Source: Balanoglossus misakiensis
Lineage: Eukaryota > Animalia > Hemichordata
Direction of reading: 5' to 3'
Length of the DNA stretch: 64,000 nt
NCBI GenBank assembly: GCA_040954595.2
Contig: CM082579.2
Location: 7,615,625-7,679,624, forward strand
Part shown: positions 37,501 through 52,800 of the stretch, piece by piece
Layout: each line of letters starts with the position of its first letter
Position numbering within the stretch: the first letter of the stretch is position 1
The notes under the pieces: model-generated
Told to the model about the DNA's origin: nothing
Seen by the model: the letters and a program-made list of their open reading frames with translations, nothing else
Database searches by the model: none
Position numbers and translations under genes: made by a program

Positions 37501-40500
37501 GCAGCGTCAAGAATTGATTCCAGATGGATAAAGCTCTCCCTTTCTGTCGGCATATTCTGTCCAGGACCCGTCGAATTAAATAAATTCTTTCATCTCAGGA
37601 TTTATAACTTTGTGGCAGTTTTGACTTCTCTCCTGACTCGCAGTTGTAATTGGGTATGAATTATGGTATTTGTGATCATCTGGTATTGCTTCGTTATCAA
37701 TAAATTATCTAGTCATGATATTACTTTCATGTTGTGTGTTAGGGCAAATCTGAAAAGCCTTTTATGCACAAGTTGTGTTATGTGTCTTTGTGCAAAATGG
37801 CTGGAGTTTAATACTAGGGTAGTTAATTTGTGAGTCCATGTTTCTATGGTGACTGGATATAGGATGTTTTAGAGACCCCTGGTGCATTACTCCTGATGGG
37901 CAGATGACTAGGAGGAAAAGTTCAAGATAAGACACGTCTTGAAGCATTAGCTTCTTGTAGGTTTCTATGTACATTAATTCCATTAAAGAAGTGTTGTGAA
38001 ATAAAGGTCAGTTGTAATGTGTTCCGTTGATCAGATATATGGCCTGAGGTTTGGAGTTTGCACATCATGAATGAAACCCTGCCTTTGCATTGACACAGTC
38101 TCCAAAAGACACCTTGCGGGGAAGAAGGGACATGAAATATTCAAAATGTCATGGAAACTAGGATCTTCTTGTCAAATATTAGAGACACAAACTCTACTGG
38201 CTTCTGCTTCATAATTTTCTTTCTATTAACAAATGCTTGATGGGGTGGTGAATGTCGGGATGCACGCTTTCATGTTGGCTGGCTGCAAGGTTCCTGCCAG
38301 AATTTAATTATGCTCAGTCGCTGTCATTAAAATAACATTCTTGTGTCCAGTGCAGTAATCACGACACACTGCAAAATGTGTAAATGTTCCAGTGGTAGGT
38401 AAACTTCGGCACTTTGTGTTTTGGCTGCGGTATGGCGACAGCATTTGTACTGTATCGCCTGCAGGCAGTTGTACTTTTAATCTGACAAGGGCGATGAAAC
38501 TTTGTGGATTAAAGATTACTTGCAGTGTATCACACCTTTAAGGTTTAATGTCTGGAATTTGCCCGATGACTGGGAATATTTAAATCCCTTCGCACCAGGC
38601 GGACAGACGCTGGCCGTCTTTTGTCTCACAGCTATGCAATTTTCATATTTTACCCTAAGCTTCCCATCCTGTTAGTCAGTCAAATGACCCACATCTAATA
38701 GATTTGTGAAATTAGTAAATGGATGTTTTTTCTTCTTCCAAATATTACACCGTGCTCACCGAACTGTAGAAGATTAACTGGCGTTTGATTTTAGGATGAC
38801 GGCGGGGTGACCACACACCCACAGAAGCTTGTCATCCAAATCTGTCATTACTCAGACTAGTCCATGCATATTGGGAAACGCATTCGCCTATCAGTATGTA
38901 AGACTGAGGCACTCGCGTACACGTTGATTTGATGTAACTGCCGCATTCATTAGAATTGCAGCGGTCGTAGTCAGGTATATGGCCTCACTGATGGCTGAGA
39001 CAAATTGGGGCTTGTTTTTCACATGCACAAATTGCATATGTGTGCATTAAGGATTCTTACTAAAGCAGTGATAGTTTTTTTCCCCCATCAGATTTGGAGT
39101 GTTTGTCATTGCGAGTGAGCTGTAAAATACCCTTTAATTTGCAGTTAAAAGTTTTTACAGTGATTGTCAAGAGAAGGGTACATTGCGGTTGTGACTTTTT
39201 TGTAGCTTGTTAGTCATCAACTTTAATATCTATTAGTTTATTTTATAGGAAATGCCTTTCATTTCACAGTAGAGTTGTCTGTGACGATATGACAGTGTGT
39301 TTGGGGACACTCCAATCCCTGAAGATGGCAGTGGTTTTCTTTCTTATTTTACAGGCATTTTGTTGTATCTCCAGAGATTTTTATTATGATCATGCATGTT
39401 CCAGTGAGGATGTCTCAGGTTTATGACGTGTAGTTGGGGTGTTCTTTGCTTCTTGCTGTGTACATTACTTACTTACATTAATGGGGTTTATACAGGGAGC
39501 ATTAAGACGTTTCTGAAACGTCCCATATCAAATACTGGCATGTAGATTACCATGTGTAAATGGTTATAGTGGTCCTGAGATATGTATTTTGCCTATGCGC
39601 TATCATATGTTACATCAGAATCCAGGAGATATGATACCATCAATCAGGCAGAATATTTGGGAATTATATCCGTCGGTGAGATTTCACGGATAATGATGGA
39701 TTTCACGGATAACGAAACCTGGTGAAATTGTGACCAAGTCAATCACATTACTTTTACATGCAGTATTTTTCTAGTTTAAGGAGCTTAGTACACTATAAAT
39801 TGTGTGATCTTATTATATCGCCAGCGGAGATCTGACCTTGTCAGATGACCTTTGGGAAAGCAATTAAAGCTATAATTTTATATGTGGCTGTTCGGTGCCA
39901 ACAACTGAATGAATGCTCATTTCTTTTTCTGCCGTGATAAAAACATTTCTTCACAATCGTGTAAATGTGGATGATTTTATTTTGTCATTGGTTGTAGATT
40001 TGACGTTTTTTCCTCCCTGCGATTTGTCAGTGTCAAATAGTCTTGCTGTGCATAGGGCCACTATCACCAGACAATATTTCTTGCACACTCTTCCAACGGT
40101 GTGTCACTTCGTCAATGCTAGTTTCCACCCTCTATTTCTATTAAAAACTTGATTTACGCGAAGAACATAAAATGCTCGGCCATTAAGGTGTAGTCGCAAA
40201 AGTAGGAAAGTTGAATTTTTATCAGCAATGAAAGATTTATGTTTTTTTTATATTAAACTTAAGACAGGCTAAGAGACTATAAAGAAAGGCTTGTTCGAGT
40301 GGTCATTGATGTATAAGTGGATAACATGGGCCGTATGTTGTCGGTGGACAAGTCGGTGTCATTGGGTGGATAATAACGGTGTGAGAAAACAGCTCAGGTT
40401 TTATGACAACTTGGTTATGAATAATTAAATTCTGTTGGGTGTGAGACCTGTGAAGTTCTGCAGATTGTACCTGGTAGCGTTAATAATTAATCGATTGACC

Positions 40501-40824
40501 TTTTGAAAAGGAAAGCGTGCCATATCGTTAGATGTGATTATTTTGGATGACATGAATTATTTTTTAAGGATGTGGATCAGAGCATTGTCCACCTCATAGT
40601 GAATGTGCATTTATTGATTATATGGTAGTAGTGTGATAGTGGAGATGTATTCATTGCATTCAATATGGAGAATGAATGGAAGATAAACAGTACTTTACGA
40701 CTAAGGTCGGCCATGTTGAATGTTGCATTGTGGGTAAAATACTGAACTATTACATATAAAATTGATGTGATTTGCCAAATCGAATGTAGGTGAGAGATAT
40801 ATTCACGCTGTCTTTCATGATGTG

Positions 40825-40895
40825 ACAATACAATACAATACAATACAATACAATACAATACAATACAATACGATACGATACGATACGATACAATA
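40825..40895. repeat. Compound pentanucleotide microsatellite (ACAAT)n(ACGAT)n
   Basis: Read directly; about 14 units. Confidence 0.95.
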
Positions 40896-43800
40896 TGTGT
40901 ATTTCAATATTGGTTTATTGAGGAGCCTGGCTTGTAAATGTTGTGTGCTCATAGAGAGTCTATCCTTAACTGCTCACCACTGGATAATTCAGACACTGAA
41001 AACCCCCCAAGGTATCGAAACAGAATCACCCTAGCCACGCGTGCACAACCTGATTTTTCAACTGGCCGTGCTCTCAAACAAAACGATGAGAATTATACTT
41101 TCATCTACCTCAGGGAATGCGGAAATTCCTTCTTAAAAAAAATCACGTTGGCGAACATAATGGATGCATCATTTCAAGGAAATCAATCATGTTTTGAGGC
41201 CAAACGTGGCATTTCAGCAGATAAATGGTTCTGTTAGCGCGATATCCTCAGAGCTGGACGGGCAACAGTGATTGGTCCAAAAATCTAGAAAGGTTTAATT
41301 GACATTAGAATATGACCTACATTGTGAACATGAGCCTTGAGAGATTGATCCACATTTTGCCGTAACTCAGCGTATTTGATCTTGGCTAAGACGATGTTCA
41401 GCAGGGAATCAATCATCTGTGATATACATATACATTCTCTCAGGCAGTATCTGGTTTAGTTTTCACTGACCTGATTTTTAGCTTTTGCTTTGCAAGGTTT
41501 TAGTCTTTCGACCACTTTCACAATTCTGCATGTGCAGTATTATATAACACACCATGCAGCGAACCCTCGATCGTGATTTGTCAATATGCCGTCATGTGAC
41601 CTTAGTCATTTCGAACTGTTCCCTAGGGCATCAGTTTGATCGGTTTCTGCCCGGTACTGTTGCCTGGATGTGGTGTGTGTAAACTTAACTCCAGAAGTAT
41701 TAAAGAGCAGATGTTAAGCTGCATCGTGGTTAAGTATTTGATCCAGCAGGTAGGTGCACTGTTGAAATAAAAGACTACATGTATGCCTTACAAATAAATT
41801 TCATTAAATTTTTATGTTGAAATCAGCATAAAGTCAAATAACAGTGCACTGTACTTTTTGTAGAAACTCAATATCGGGTGTTTTCATGTGTGCCTGGGAA
41901 TAGAACCAGCATGCATGAACATCAGTTGATAAACAGAACAGGAAACTTGAGAGAGAATATCAAATGTTATTGTCCCTCTCAAAAGGAATAATAATAGTCT
42001 AATTTCCATATGAGATGGGTCCCAAACCAACCCAGGAAACGTCGGTAGCACGCAGCCTACACAAATAAAGACAAGCTGTGAATGAGAGGAGAGGAAGAGT
42101 ATCCATTTTATTCCGTGTAGGATCCATCTGTAAATCTGTGAGCTCACGTTACATCCACTTTGCCATGCAAACGACAGCTGCTGTGATGCTGTGCCTGGTC
42201 TCTGATATCTTATCGCGGTAAGACATCTGAAAGAATAGACTCCAAAAGCACACCTTGATGCCCTTTAAAAAGTTTCCCTCTTTCTTTTTATTCTTTTCGC
42301 CAAAGATATCGATTGTGCAGACTCAGACTTACTGTTGTTGAGGCCATTGTCCCCTGAAATATCTGTCTTGTCATCCGTCAAAGGGTTCGATTTTCAGTGT
42401 GCGCTGTGGTTTCAGCCGTCGCTCTCAGAAACATCAACCACTATACAAGCAAGAATTTGTTTTAACTCTTTCCAGTTTTTAAGGAAATATTCAAGTTTGT
42501 GTAGTGTCGGAGGTTACAGCACATGACATGTTATCGGTGCTAATATTTTTGTTCATCCAATCACCTTCAAGTTCCTGTGTTCCAACATAACGAGAGGTTT
42601 CTTAATTTTCTTGTTTTCTGTTTGATTGTAATTCTCAGGGTTGTTATGCAGCCTGTCAGCAGCCATCAGTAAGCACAATAACATGAGATATTACCCCAAT
42701 TTAAAACTGAAATCATTACACCTCTTGCTACGGGGTCTTAAAAACTTTCTTGGAATTCCTCGGTCCTCTGTGCAGGTGTGTCCTGAAAACAGTTCAAATG
42801 CCTCACGTCTTTCCAATTTGTTTCATAACTCTGGGGCTTGTTAGCGTGCAATGATATCGTGGTTAAATCAATAAAAAAACTGCCCTGGAGCTGACTTGGA
42901 CCAATTTTACCCGGTGTATACCATTATTGAATGGCCTAGGGGGTCTTGCCGGATCACTGCATCTAACCTTTGAATCCCTCGTAGATCCAGTCAGAATATT
43001 TGCTCACGTTGCAAAATTATTTGAATATCGTACGTGCTATGCTTTTGCTTTCTTGTAAAGTCACGCCATGTGAATTAATCTTTGTGTTCGTTTGGAGAGA
43101 AAAAAATCCTCCTCAATATGATACTCCTGCTGCTAAAAATAGCACTACATTGCTCACTTTGTATTCGTCGGCCGTAAAATTTGAGGTCGATTCCCCTGTT
43201 GATAGTGTGTATTTTGCCGTACATGCCAATTATCTGCACTATGTGAACTGCTTGAGTTTTGTGTGTGTGTTCTGCTGGGGTTTCATAACATGTCAGCCAG
43301 GATGACAGTTTCGCTAATCTCAGAAATGTTTAGCAAAGTCCCATGGTGCAGTGCAACGATTGCGGTGTATATCTTCTGTACATTGTTCATGCAGTTACAA
43401 ACAATCACAAGCGTGCGCATACATGTAGCCATACGGGTATTCGTATGGTTCGTATTTTATGCATATGGTTTTGTTTGTACGGGGGAGCGTTCTACTTCTC
43501 TGACTTTCACTTACCGACTACATACATACCTCTATGCATTTGTGATCTACAGTCTCAATCCATCACTGTCAATACAATAGCAATAAGTTTATGACAAAAG
43601 TTATATTTTGGACTGATTTGTATGTTGAGTTTGGACACATCTGTATCAACGCTATGAACAAAGGAGTAATATGGAGTCTTAGTTTTGAATAATTTGTGTT
43701 CCTGAATGAATTTGATTCTCTTCATAGTGGTAATTCAATCAGGATAATTACATGTAAGCTCTATAATTGAGTCACTTTTCTGTGTTTATTTTCAAGTAAA

Positions 43801-46800
43801 CTTACTGATTATTGGACATTCAGTGTTGGTTTTACAAATTGGGTCCTAAATGTTGACATATGGCATTGTCGTTCATGAGACGAGTAAAAACCTGAAGATA
43901 TTGGCAACGTCCTCAGCAGCCATTCTTGTTCTTAGGTGTTTTGAACCGAAACCTGAAGAAATATTCCTCCTTTTGACCAGTCAAGAATAAACTGAACCAG
44001 ACTGCAAGCATGAATTTAGATCTTTCTGTTTCTGCGCCATCTGTTTAGTCTCGCTCTTGGCGCACGACGTCACAATCGCACCCAGAAAGCAAACGCACAT
44101 TGAGCTGCAGCAGAGCTAGGGAGTTTGTCAGCAGCTATAGGGCACGTCCAAGGTTGCCTTTGGGGTTCGTGATTTCATTAGCGCAGTGTGATATCGGCTA
44201 ACCGTGTTTGACAACACTCCAGTGCAGTGTTCCTGGTAATCTTACCAGTCAGAATTCTTGTCCCATTAGATCATGTACAAGAGCTTGCGTACTTCATCGT
44301 CATGCAATCACTGGCGTAGTACTTGACCTAAGGGCCCAGACCCAATTTGATTCCTCTACTTATCCCCAGTAGACCTTGATGAAACTTTAACGCAAGTTAA
44401 ATCACCATGTTGCTCCAATGTTATTATATCAAATCAATCTACTTTGTGATATTAAAACTAAGGAAGTCTGACAACCAGTGCGTTCAATTGATCTAAGGGA
44501 GCTGTCATCATTTACAGTGGGGGGGGGGGGGGGGGGGGTCAGAGGAATTGTATTAGAGACGACAAGCACTTGAGAATTAATACACCCAGAAGAAATTAAG
44601 TGTGACCCTGCAAGTACATCTGATATTGTAGCAGCATTTCCATGTATACCCTTGCTCATTTTTCATGCTCAGTCCAAATCCAGGATAATGCATTTTTTAT
44701 TAGCAGTCTAGAACACCTTGCATGTTGCTGGGCAAACCTGGTAAACGTCTCAAGTTAGGAAAGAAGTCACTTTGCCAGGTGAACATAATCCACTTTTGAT
44801 CGGATGGATGAAAATCTCTTCTAAATGCTATTCTGGGCTAGGTATCATCAAAAGAGATCTGTCAGCATTTGTTTAATTTGTACATGAGAGAAGAAGACCT
44901 GAAAGTTACTGAAAATTTGTTGAGCACTGTCGTGCGCAGGACTTCATTAATTACTCATCAGGTCTCAGTATATTACAATGGTACGGCACATTTTGCTGTC
45001 GGTCTACCTGTCATTGCAGTTATTATTCCACTAGCATCAAAACATCCTTGTCAGCATTGTACGATGCACGTTCTTTGTCAATCTGTTGACTTGTGTCTCA
45101 TTTTGCGAAAAAGGAGCATATTAAACAGTGTTTGATATCCGTACAAAACAAACACACATGCAATAACACCTGCTTTGATATTAATATCTGCCCATAAAAG
45201 GTTGTTTCAGTTTATTACCATGGCGCGGTAGGTGCATTAAACATCCATGTAAGTGCTAAGAATCAAATCCTATATACCCTATATATACAGATTCTCTGAT
45301 ACGGATGTCGGCTCCCATTTGGCACATTGGAGCTCTGCAAACCCAACAGCCACCAGTAGCCCCCTGTGTAAAGGGCCTGCATCAGACAGATTGCTCAATT
45401 GACAGAGTCTGACTGAATGGAAAGCGAATTTAGTGCAGGGTACTCGATACTCAATTCAGGTAATGGTTTCTCTGAGAGTTGGGAGACGCGAAAGTGGCAG
45501 TTTGCAGCTTGGTATAAAATGTTTCCCCATCATCGCATACTTGACATTTTAGGGAAACCGTGCTCTGTGAAAAGTTGATCGCCGTTGACGTCATCGTAGC
45601 CGATCTTAAAAGGCTTCAGCGTTTTAGTGGGAAGTGCTGGTGATTGCGTGTGAAAAAGCACATTTTGTGCGTCTATCACTTTTGGAAAATGCACATGTCA
45701 TTAATGAAACAGTTGCCTTCTTTTGACATTGGTGTACGTTTGAGAGAGAAGTGATATATATTCCTCTTGCAATAACAGCATGGTTCATTGTGAGTACTTT
45801 GGGCTTACGTAAGATGGTGTCACTTCAGCAGATTGAGTTGTGTGGGTGTTCTCCTCATCATTTCACCTTCTGACCCTAAATATAGGGTTAGGGTCTTTCA
45901 AAACAGAATTATTCATTTTTGGCCCTGTGGATATGCATATGCAATATGGAAACGACAATAAACCCTGTGGGTTGCTACATGCATGCATGTGAAATTTCAC
46001 TGTAGGTGCAAGGTCAGTGCATTAAATGGCTGCCATGCTTGCAGTTCCTTTTTAAGAGCATTGAAAATGTCACTTATTCATTTTTAATAGTGAGATAAAA
46101 AGCGAGGGTGAAACTGATATTCCTTTGCCACTCAGAGTGAAATGAATTATGTATTGTGACACTGGTTTGTCATTCAGTTGGTTGTATAGTTGGCAGGTGT
46201 GGGTTTCACTTTACGCCCCCTCACTCTTCTCTCAAACTGCAGGTACATACATGTACATGTATGTCCATCTTGACTTGAGTCGCCGTGGCAATTTCTCCAC
46301 TGCCGACCACCCCTCTTGGGAGGAGAAGTTCTTTCTTCCTCCTTCCCTCTCTCAGGGAGCCCAGGTGGATTCAACTTGCTCTTTCCCCTTCCCTCTCAAG
46401 GGGCCAATTGTCCCCCCTCCCCCGAGCAATACAGATTTTTGTACTGTCCCCTCTCAAACAGCGCAATTCCTACCCCCTGAACCCAAGTGAACAAAAATGG
46501 CGCCCTTGTACTCTTGTCTCGAGTCATGCAACAGGTGGTTTTTGCAGGTGGCCAATAATTACCATTGTCCAGTCCCACAGTGCTGATGTTTTGATCAGTA
46601 GTTGTACACAAGTGGAATTTTGTGTGCTGAAATAATGTTCAAAATGTACACGTAAGCAGGTAAACTGTGACTTGATTGATGTGACAAAGACCCGATGATG
46701 CATTGTGGGTATTATCCACTTAAGGTCAGAGGTCAGGTAGTAATCCTTTATCTGGATAATGATCTTCGGGGGGAACATTGATTTTCCTGATGTTTGAGAC

Positions 46801-49800
46801 ACGAAACCAATTATGCAGAAGAGAAGCATCTGACAAATGGAATAGAAAAGGTTACCATCAGCTGCTCTGTTGCTTAAAGAGGAATTAGACAAGAAATATA
46901 GGCTTTCCACATATTTCAAGATCAGTCAGCTCCTCTGATAAACCCAGGATAGAGGGCTTACATATTATAAATCCAGTCCATCTGTCTGTCCAATTATCTG
47001 TTCAAAGTCATATCTCAGCTGTGGCTTCTCTGATAACCCAGGATATTAAGTGAATCAAAATTGAGACAAGGAAATTGCTGATATTTCTTCCATATTTTGT
47101 GGATCTGTATTGATCGGTCGGCTTACCCTACAGTTGCCGATACTGGTATACTGTGATTTTGTGTAGCAAAGCATCTTGACTCATTTTGGAACATTTCATT
47201 TATGTGGAGTAGTGTGGACATACAAAGGCAGAACATGCTATGGTCAGCGTTTTGGTTATCCAGACTGAGCCGACTTTAATTCAGTGCAGAAAATGGTAAA
47301 TCAGGTTGTTTTGACAGATTTAGAGCATGATGAATGGAGGTATTTGGGTTCAAGATTCACTTCCATTAAACACTGGCAAGGAAATTAACTCCTTGTCACT
47401 CCATTTACTTGTAAAACTCCGGACGAAATCAGCCGGAATGACTCACAGGCGCAAGTAATACAATTAAATGCCGATGAAACCGCAGCAGAAAACGGTCAGG
47501 TCGCAAATATTTTGCTGTTTGCTTGATATGGACCTAGAGAAAAGAACTGGAGTGAAATGTCACAGATGTTGCTACATTGACCATGACAATGCAACTTTAA
47601 TTTCTGATTGCCAGTGAAAAGACCTTTTTGTAAGGATTTCTTTATGTTAGAGAGCAAAATCCAAGTTGGGAATAATTAGAGTTGCCGACATACATACATA
47701 CACAGGCTATGAGGACAAGCAAAATACTGGCCATTTTGTAATGAAAATACTGAAAAATTGCCCCAAAAATATAGCCACAGAAATGCAGAAACTGAAATGG
47801 CTGACACCTTTTCTGCAAATCATCCTGAAAATCCACTTGGTGCTTTTCCACTTCATAAGAAATGTGCTTGCATATCTGAAGGAGAAATGCATTTTGCAAT
47901 TCAGAGAATCTGGAATTTTTCCCAGAAGCTGTCAGGTGGCTGGTCAATATGGGCCTGATTCAAGAAATTCAGATTTTAACCACGTCCGCACACAACTACC
48001 TTGGAAGCTATTTTGGTTATTTATGGACACTCCAAACATAGCAAATTTCCTGAAAGCCCGAGAAAATGTTTCCTGGCATGGCCTGTAATAAAATTTCACG
48101 ACAAGAAGTGTACCTGAGTGCATATTACATCATTGTCTGATGGAGACTTATCGCATTACGTCGTTACAGCTGGCCAGGTTTGCCAAGAAGTTAAAAAAAA
48201 AGTGTCTGTATGTCCGAAGCATTAACCTCCTCCATGAGTCATTTTCCGCGAAGTTATGAACCCAACGTTCGGTACTTAATAGCGTTCCCTGGAGACAGTG
48301 GTATTCAGATTGTAGGGAAAAGACAAACATGAAAGTAATCCCCAAACTCACAAATGTTGTTCCAGAAATAATATATGGGATTAAAATGTGCAGACTGTCT
48401 CAGTTGAGAAAATTTAGCTGAATTATGACACTTTTCGTTGTTATTCATTCCGTACGTGCAACATTTGGTAGTTTCAGTTTTCAGCATTGATGATTTTTTT
48501 TCATGCGTGTGTGGGGTTTCAGCTGAAGTTATAAAGATTGGATGGAAAGAAGACGTGAGGTAAAGGCTGAGAGCAGATCGATTGTGGCAAATCTCTAGCT
48601 ATGACAGTCAATAACTCCAGATTTCCAGGCATACTCGAAAAATGATCCAACCAAAGCCGGCTATTTTTAGACATGCAAACGACCGTCGGGAAAGTAGAGC
48701 AGAAATCTCCATAAAACGTAGGGGCACTCTGCCTTTGCAAAATGGCTGCAACGCTTGAATTGCTTTGAATAAAATAATCGGTGTGTTGTTACGGAGACTG
48801 GGTGAATTCACATCTACAGCGAATATTTTCGTACGCTGTTCCATCATTGAAGGCAGCCTGAGCAGATCATGATGTATATTTATGGCAATACTTTCGAAAG
48901 CTGTGTGGCATAAATTTTTAAAAACATGATAGTTCGTATCCCCGGCTTTGGACTTCATTCAGTTGAAGCTATCAAGTTCAAATGTGTCTTTGGAGATCCA
49001 GTGATAGAGTTGAGCAGTGTACGAAAAAAAATGAATTATTGATATTCTGGTATTATGACATTTGTGAGAAATAATACATTCCATGCAGCCCCTGTTTTGT
49101 AGGCCCACACAGCAATTTTTTGCCATTTTTGGTCGAAAGCCATTTTCTCCTAAACTGCTTTTCAAAATACTACCAGTGTCTTCAATTTCAAAGTGATGGT
49201 GAAAACACCAATATTGTATTTTGGGGAAATTTTTGCCTTTTTTTGGTCACAGAGGCATTTCTCAGAAAACGCTTGTGTTATGTAGTCTTCCCTCGTTTCA
49301 TGCAGAATATAGTCTTTGTGTTTCATAATGCAATAGAATTTAGCAGCGCCAAATTGTTCAGCTGATTCAGTCTACAGAATTTCGCCTCAAGGATCCTCAG
49401 TTTTGTTTGTGTAGTACAATCCATTTGTCCCATCTCCCACCTTCCCTATTTACAGTCAGGATGCGCCACGGAATTACTTCACACTGGAATGGGCTCGGCA
49501 TTCTCCTAATGACGTATAATTTGTCCCCGCCAGGCATTCCATTTTTTTTGCAGACATCTCGGATGCGTGATATGTAGGACAGGGTGGCTGGGTTGGTCAC
49601 ACACACATGCGCGCGTGTCTCGCTTGTCTCAGTTTCATTATGGAAATCAGACCGGTGGTGGCAGATGAGACTGTGGCGTGTTCGGTGACACGCCCGGTAA
49701 CTTCCTGCCCCGGTCGCGTCTGCATCACACTGAGCCGCAGCCACATGTGAGGGTGAAGGGTCGGTGTAATGTTCTTCGACTGGTGACAGATTGAAAATCG

Positions 49801-52800
49801 TTGCTGTCCAAACACTTTCTCAGTTCTGTCTGGCGTCAATAATTTCAGATAGTTCGATACATTTGCCTTATAATAGATATCAGCCTCACCCAGTAGAAAA
49901 AACGGTACAATTCATTTAAAAAATTCTCATGCATCATTCTTTCTGAAATCCCAACTACTGAAATATTTTTATTTATGTCATGACATCTACATGGTTGTCA
50001 TGGTATTTACAACATCATATTTGCCTGACAGTAATAGTGTATCCTGCCTGATTTAGTGAATACACCTGTGTCATTAAGACCACACACAAAAATACCGACA
50101 GTGAGCATGTGTTTTACAAGCGAGATTATAGGGTAAGTTCCAAGGTGCAATTTAGCAAATTACTTTCTCTTCATTAAACCAATTGATGATTTACAGTCTG
50201 AGCCCGATCTTGATCAAAAAGCCTGCAACCCCGACTTAACCTCATGAGAGTAGATGGATAAAATAGCGAAGGAAACTCCGACCTTTGACCCGGTGATCTA
50301 TCAAAACATAAATAACACTTGTCCCCCTAGGTGTGTGGAAATGAATTATGTAAGACATTTTGATGGCTTGGTTCCAGTCGGTTGTCGCTCGATCACTTTC
50401 TTGTCTCTTCTGGGGTTAAAGTGGACAACGTAAAGGGGAAAAATCTCTCCTCTAGAGCTTTGGGACTAGACTTATTTGAATTCTCTGGCATTCAGTGGTA
50501 TGGGATGTAGTTCGGGTACGACTTGTGGTGCAATTACTAACTAATCGCCAGCCGACTTGTTATTGCCTGCTTCTTGCAAGTAGGCCAGGAAGAGAACTGT
50601 GTGCAGTGGCTTTCTTGCAATAAATCCTTGTTTCGCTATTTTACTTTGAGTAAGTTTGCATCACTTGACACACACACACACGCAAAATCAAATTTTCGCC
50701 ATCACATTTTCTTGGCAAAGACGCCTGTAATTCTCAAGTGAGATTGAAGGTTGCTTGTCTATACGTACAGATTCAGGGATTTATCCCTCACCTCAATGAT
50801 GGTACATGTAGTTGCTTGAGCATTAGCTGGGGCTGATGGATGAGGGATTAAGGATGTTTTAACAACTGTGCCTCAGTGGATGTAATTTGCATTCGTTAAT
50901 AGCAGTTCAGTGCAGCCAGAAGTGACAGCGTTTAACAGTCCCCCCATATGCTTGAGTGACAGCCAGGTTTCATTATCATCATCTCACTAATTAGCACAAG
51001 AACCAATTACCAAGATTATCTGAGAATTTTCACATCTCATGAAATTTTCGTTATCGTAATTTCTATGTCGTTCTTGTTTATTATTCAAGGGAGGCTAACT
51101 CATTTTTACATTTTAATAGAAATTTACAGAGTTTACTGCTGTGGTTCTGAGAACCCCCCCCCCCCCCCCCCCAAGAAATCCCATATTCCAGTTGTGTAAC
51201 ATTGTACGAATGGACTTGTCACTTGAAAGTAGCCAAAATGTGTGCCACTGTCACCCCCTCCCTTTGAGAAACGCCAGTCAGTCAGCAAACCAGGCATTGT
51301 TGCTGTTTTCACTTCATATCAATGTCTTATTCACGTCGCTATTATCGCGCAGTTTGTGAATGCAGCGAGTCAAGTATAATGCCATTTCCAAGGGAGTTAT
51401 TAGTTATCAGCAGATTTTGAAGAGGGACAGATAACAGTCAAACAGGATCGTTTGAGTCCAGCTGAGTTTCAGCCCGGTTTAGAATTACCCTGGATAAGCC
51501 AATTAGAAATGTCATTTCTATTCTGTTCAATATAATTCCTGACTCTTAGAAGGCATCACTGCTCATGCCCTGCTGTCCTTGTATAATACATTGGTGAAAT
51601 TATGTCTATAGAGGGCGCTGTATGACGCATGGCTGTACTGCTATATTTGATGCTATCAATCCGGCTGATGATAGTTGTTAGCGATACACCACCCAGTTTC
51701 GTGAAGGTGGTGAGTGACAATCACCGTAAGCTTGGGCATGTAGGGCAGTGTAACCTGTTTCACTCAACTTACTCGGCAAGTTCATGCTCAATGCCTTGTC
51801 AATATATCTGGCTCATCCCTGCTTATTTAATTGCAGACATTGATGGTTTGTTGAGTCCGAGGGTTCTATTGAGCAAAAAAAAAAATAATAATCTGACTTG
51901 AATAGTGAATTGTCACGTAGGCATCTAATGATGGCAATGTAAACCTCTTACAGTGACAGTACCCGGTACAAAACCAGGTCTGAATGAAAGACTAGTCTCC
52001 GAAGATCCGTGGTAAATCTATATATTAAGTGGTAATTTAAAATGTATTACATGTAGTTTAGGGTTTCTGTTGTCAGTCTGAAATATTGTTGTATATGAGG
52101 TGAGATGGGATTGGGGAGGATTACATGAGTCTTAATATGCTTGAACTCTAGCTGTCACATTCATACTGAGACTATAATAGCGTAGTAAGATTTAAAAAAA
52201 CTCTATCATAATGCCTGGGTTTTCCTGGTACGTTTCACGGTAATGTTCCTAGATCCGGCACGTTTTATAACAAGGAAACAAAACACTGTCCTTGGTACTG
52301 ATTCACTATTTTCAGTAGTGTGTAACATGACCTCATGACCTTTGAACTTAGCTGTACAAGGAAATAAGATTCATCTCGCGCTGCAGTGTGTGAACTCAGT
52401 TCAGCGTGCATGTCTTCATGTGTATGTATACAGTATAATGTGTCACAGTAGGGATTAAAAAATAGATATAGGTGAAATATGTGACAGCAGATTTATTTGT
52501 GATATATGCATGTAAGCATTTTGACAGCATATATGTCTTTGAAATGCAGTCTGACTTTCTCAAGCTCATGGTCAACTCGTTCAATAAGTGAAATAGAAAT
52601 GTCTGTGTAGAGGAACGAGGGTGGAACCATCGTTTCAATCAGCTCTTCACGACTCAAGTCTCTGACGTGCTATCTGAGCCCAAGGTATCAATTTATCGAG
52701 AATGTTTTCTGACATGAAATAGCACCACCGTATGCATACTCAATCGACAGGCGCTATTTTTAGACCATTAGGGTCCACCCAATTCTGCGAAGGCTGTTAA

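Noticed and set aside
40825-40895. Regular repeat resembling an array
   Set aside because: A simple pentanucleotide microsatellite with no spacers. It is not CRISPR, and the context is eukaryotic.
45586-45593. Full palindromic CRE (TGACGTCA) in the ADCY9 intron, suggesting cAMP feedback
   Set aside because: About one copy of an 8-mer is expected by chance in 64 kb, and there is no supporting context.
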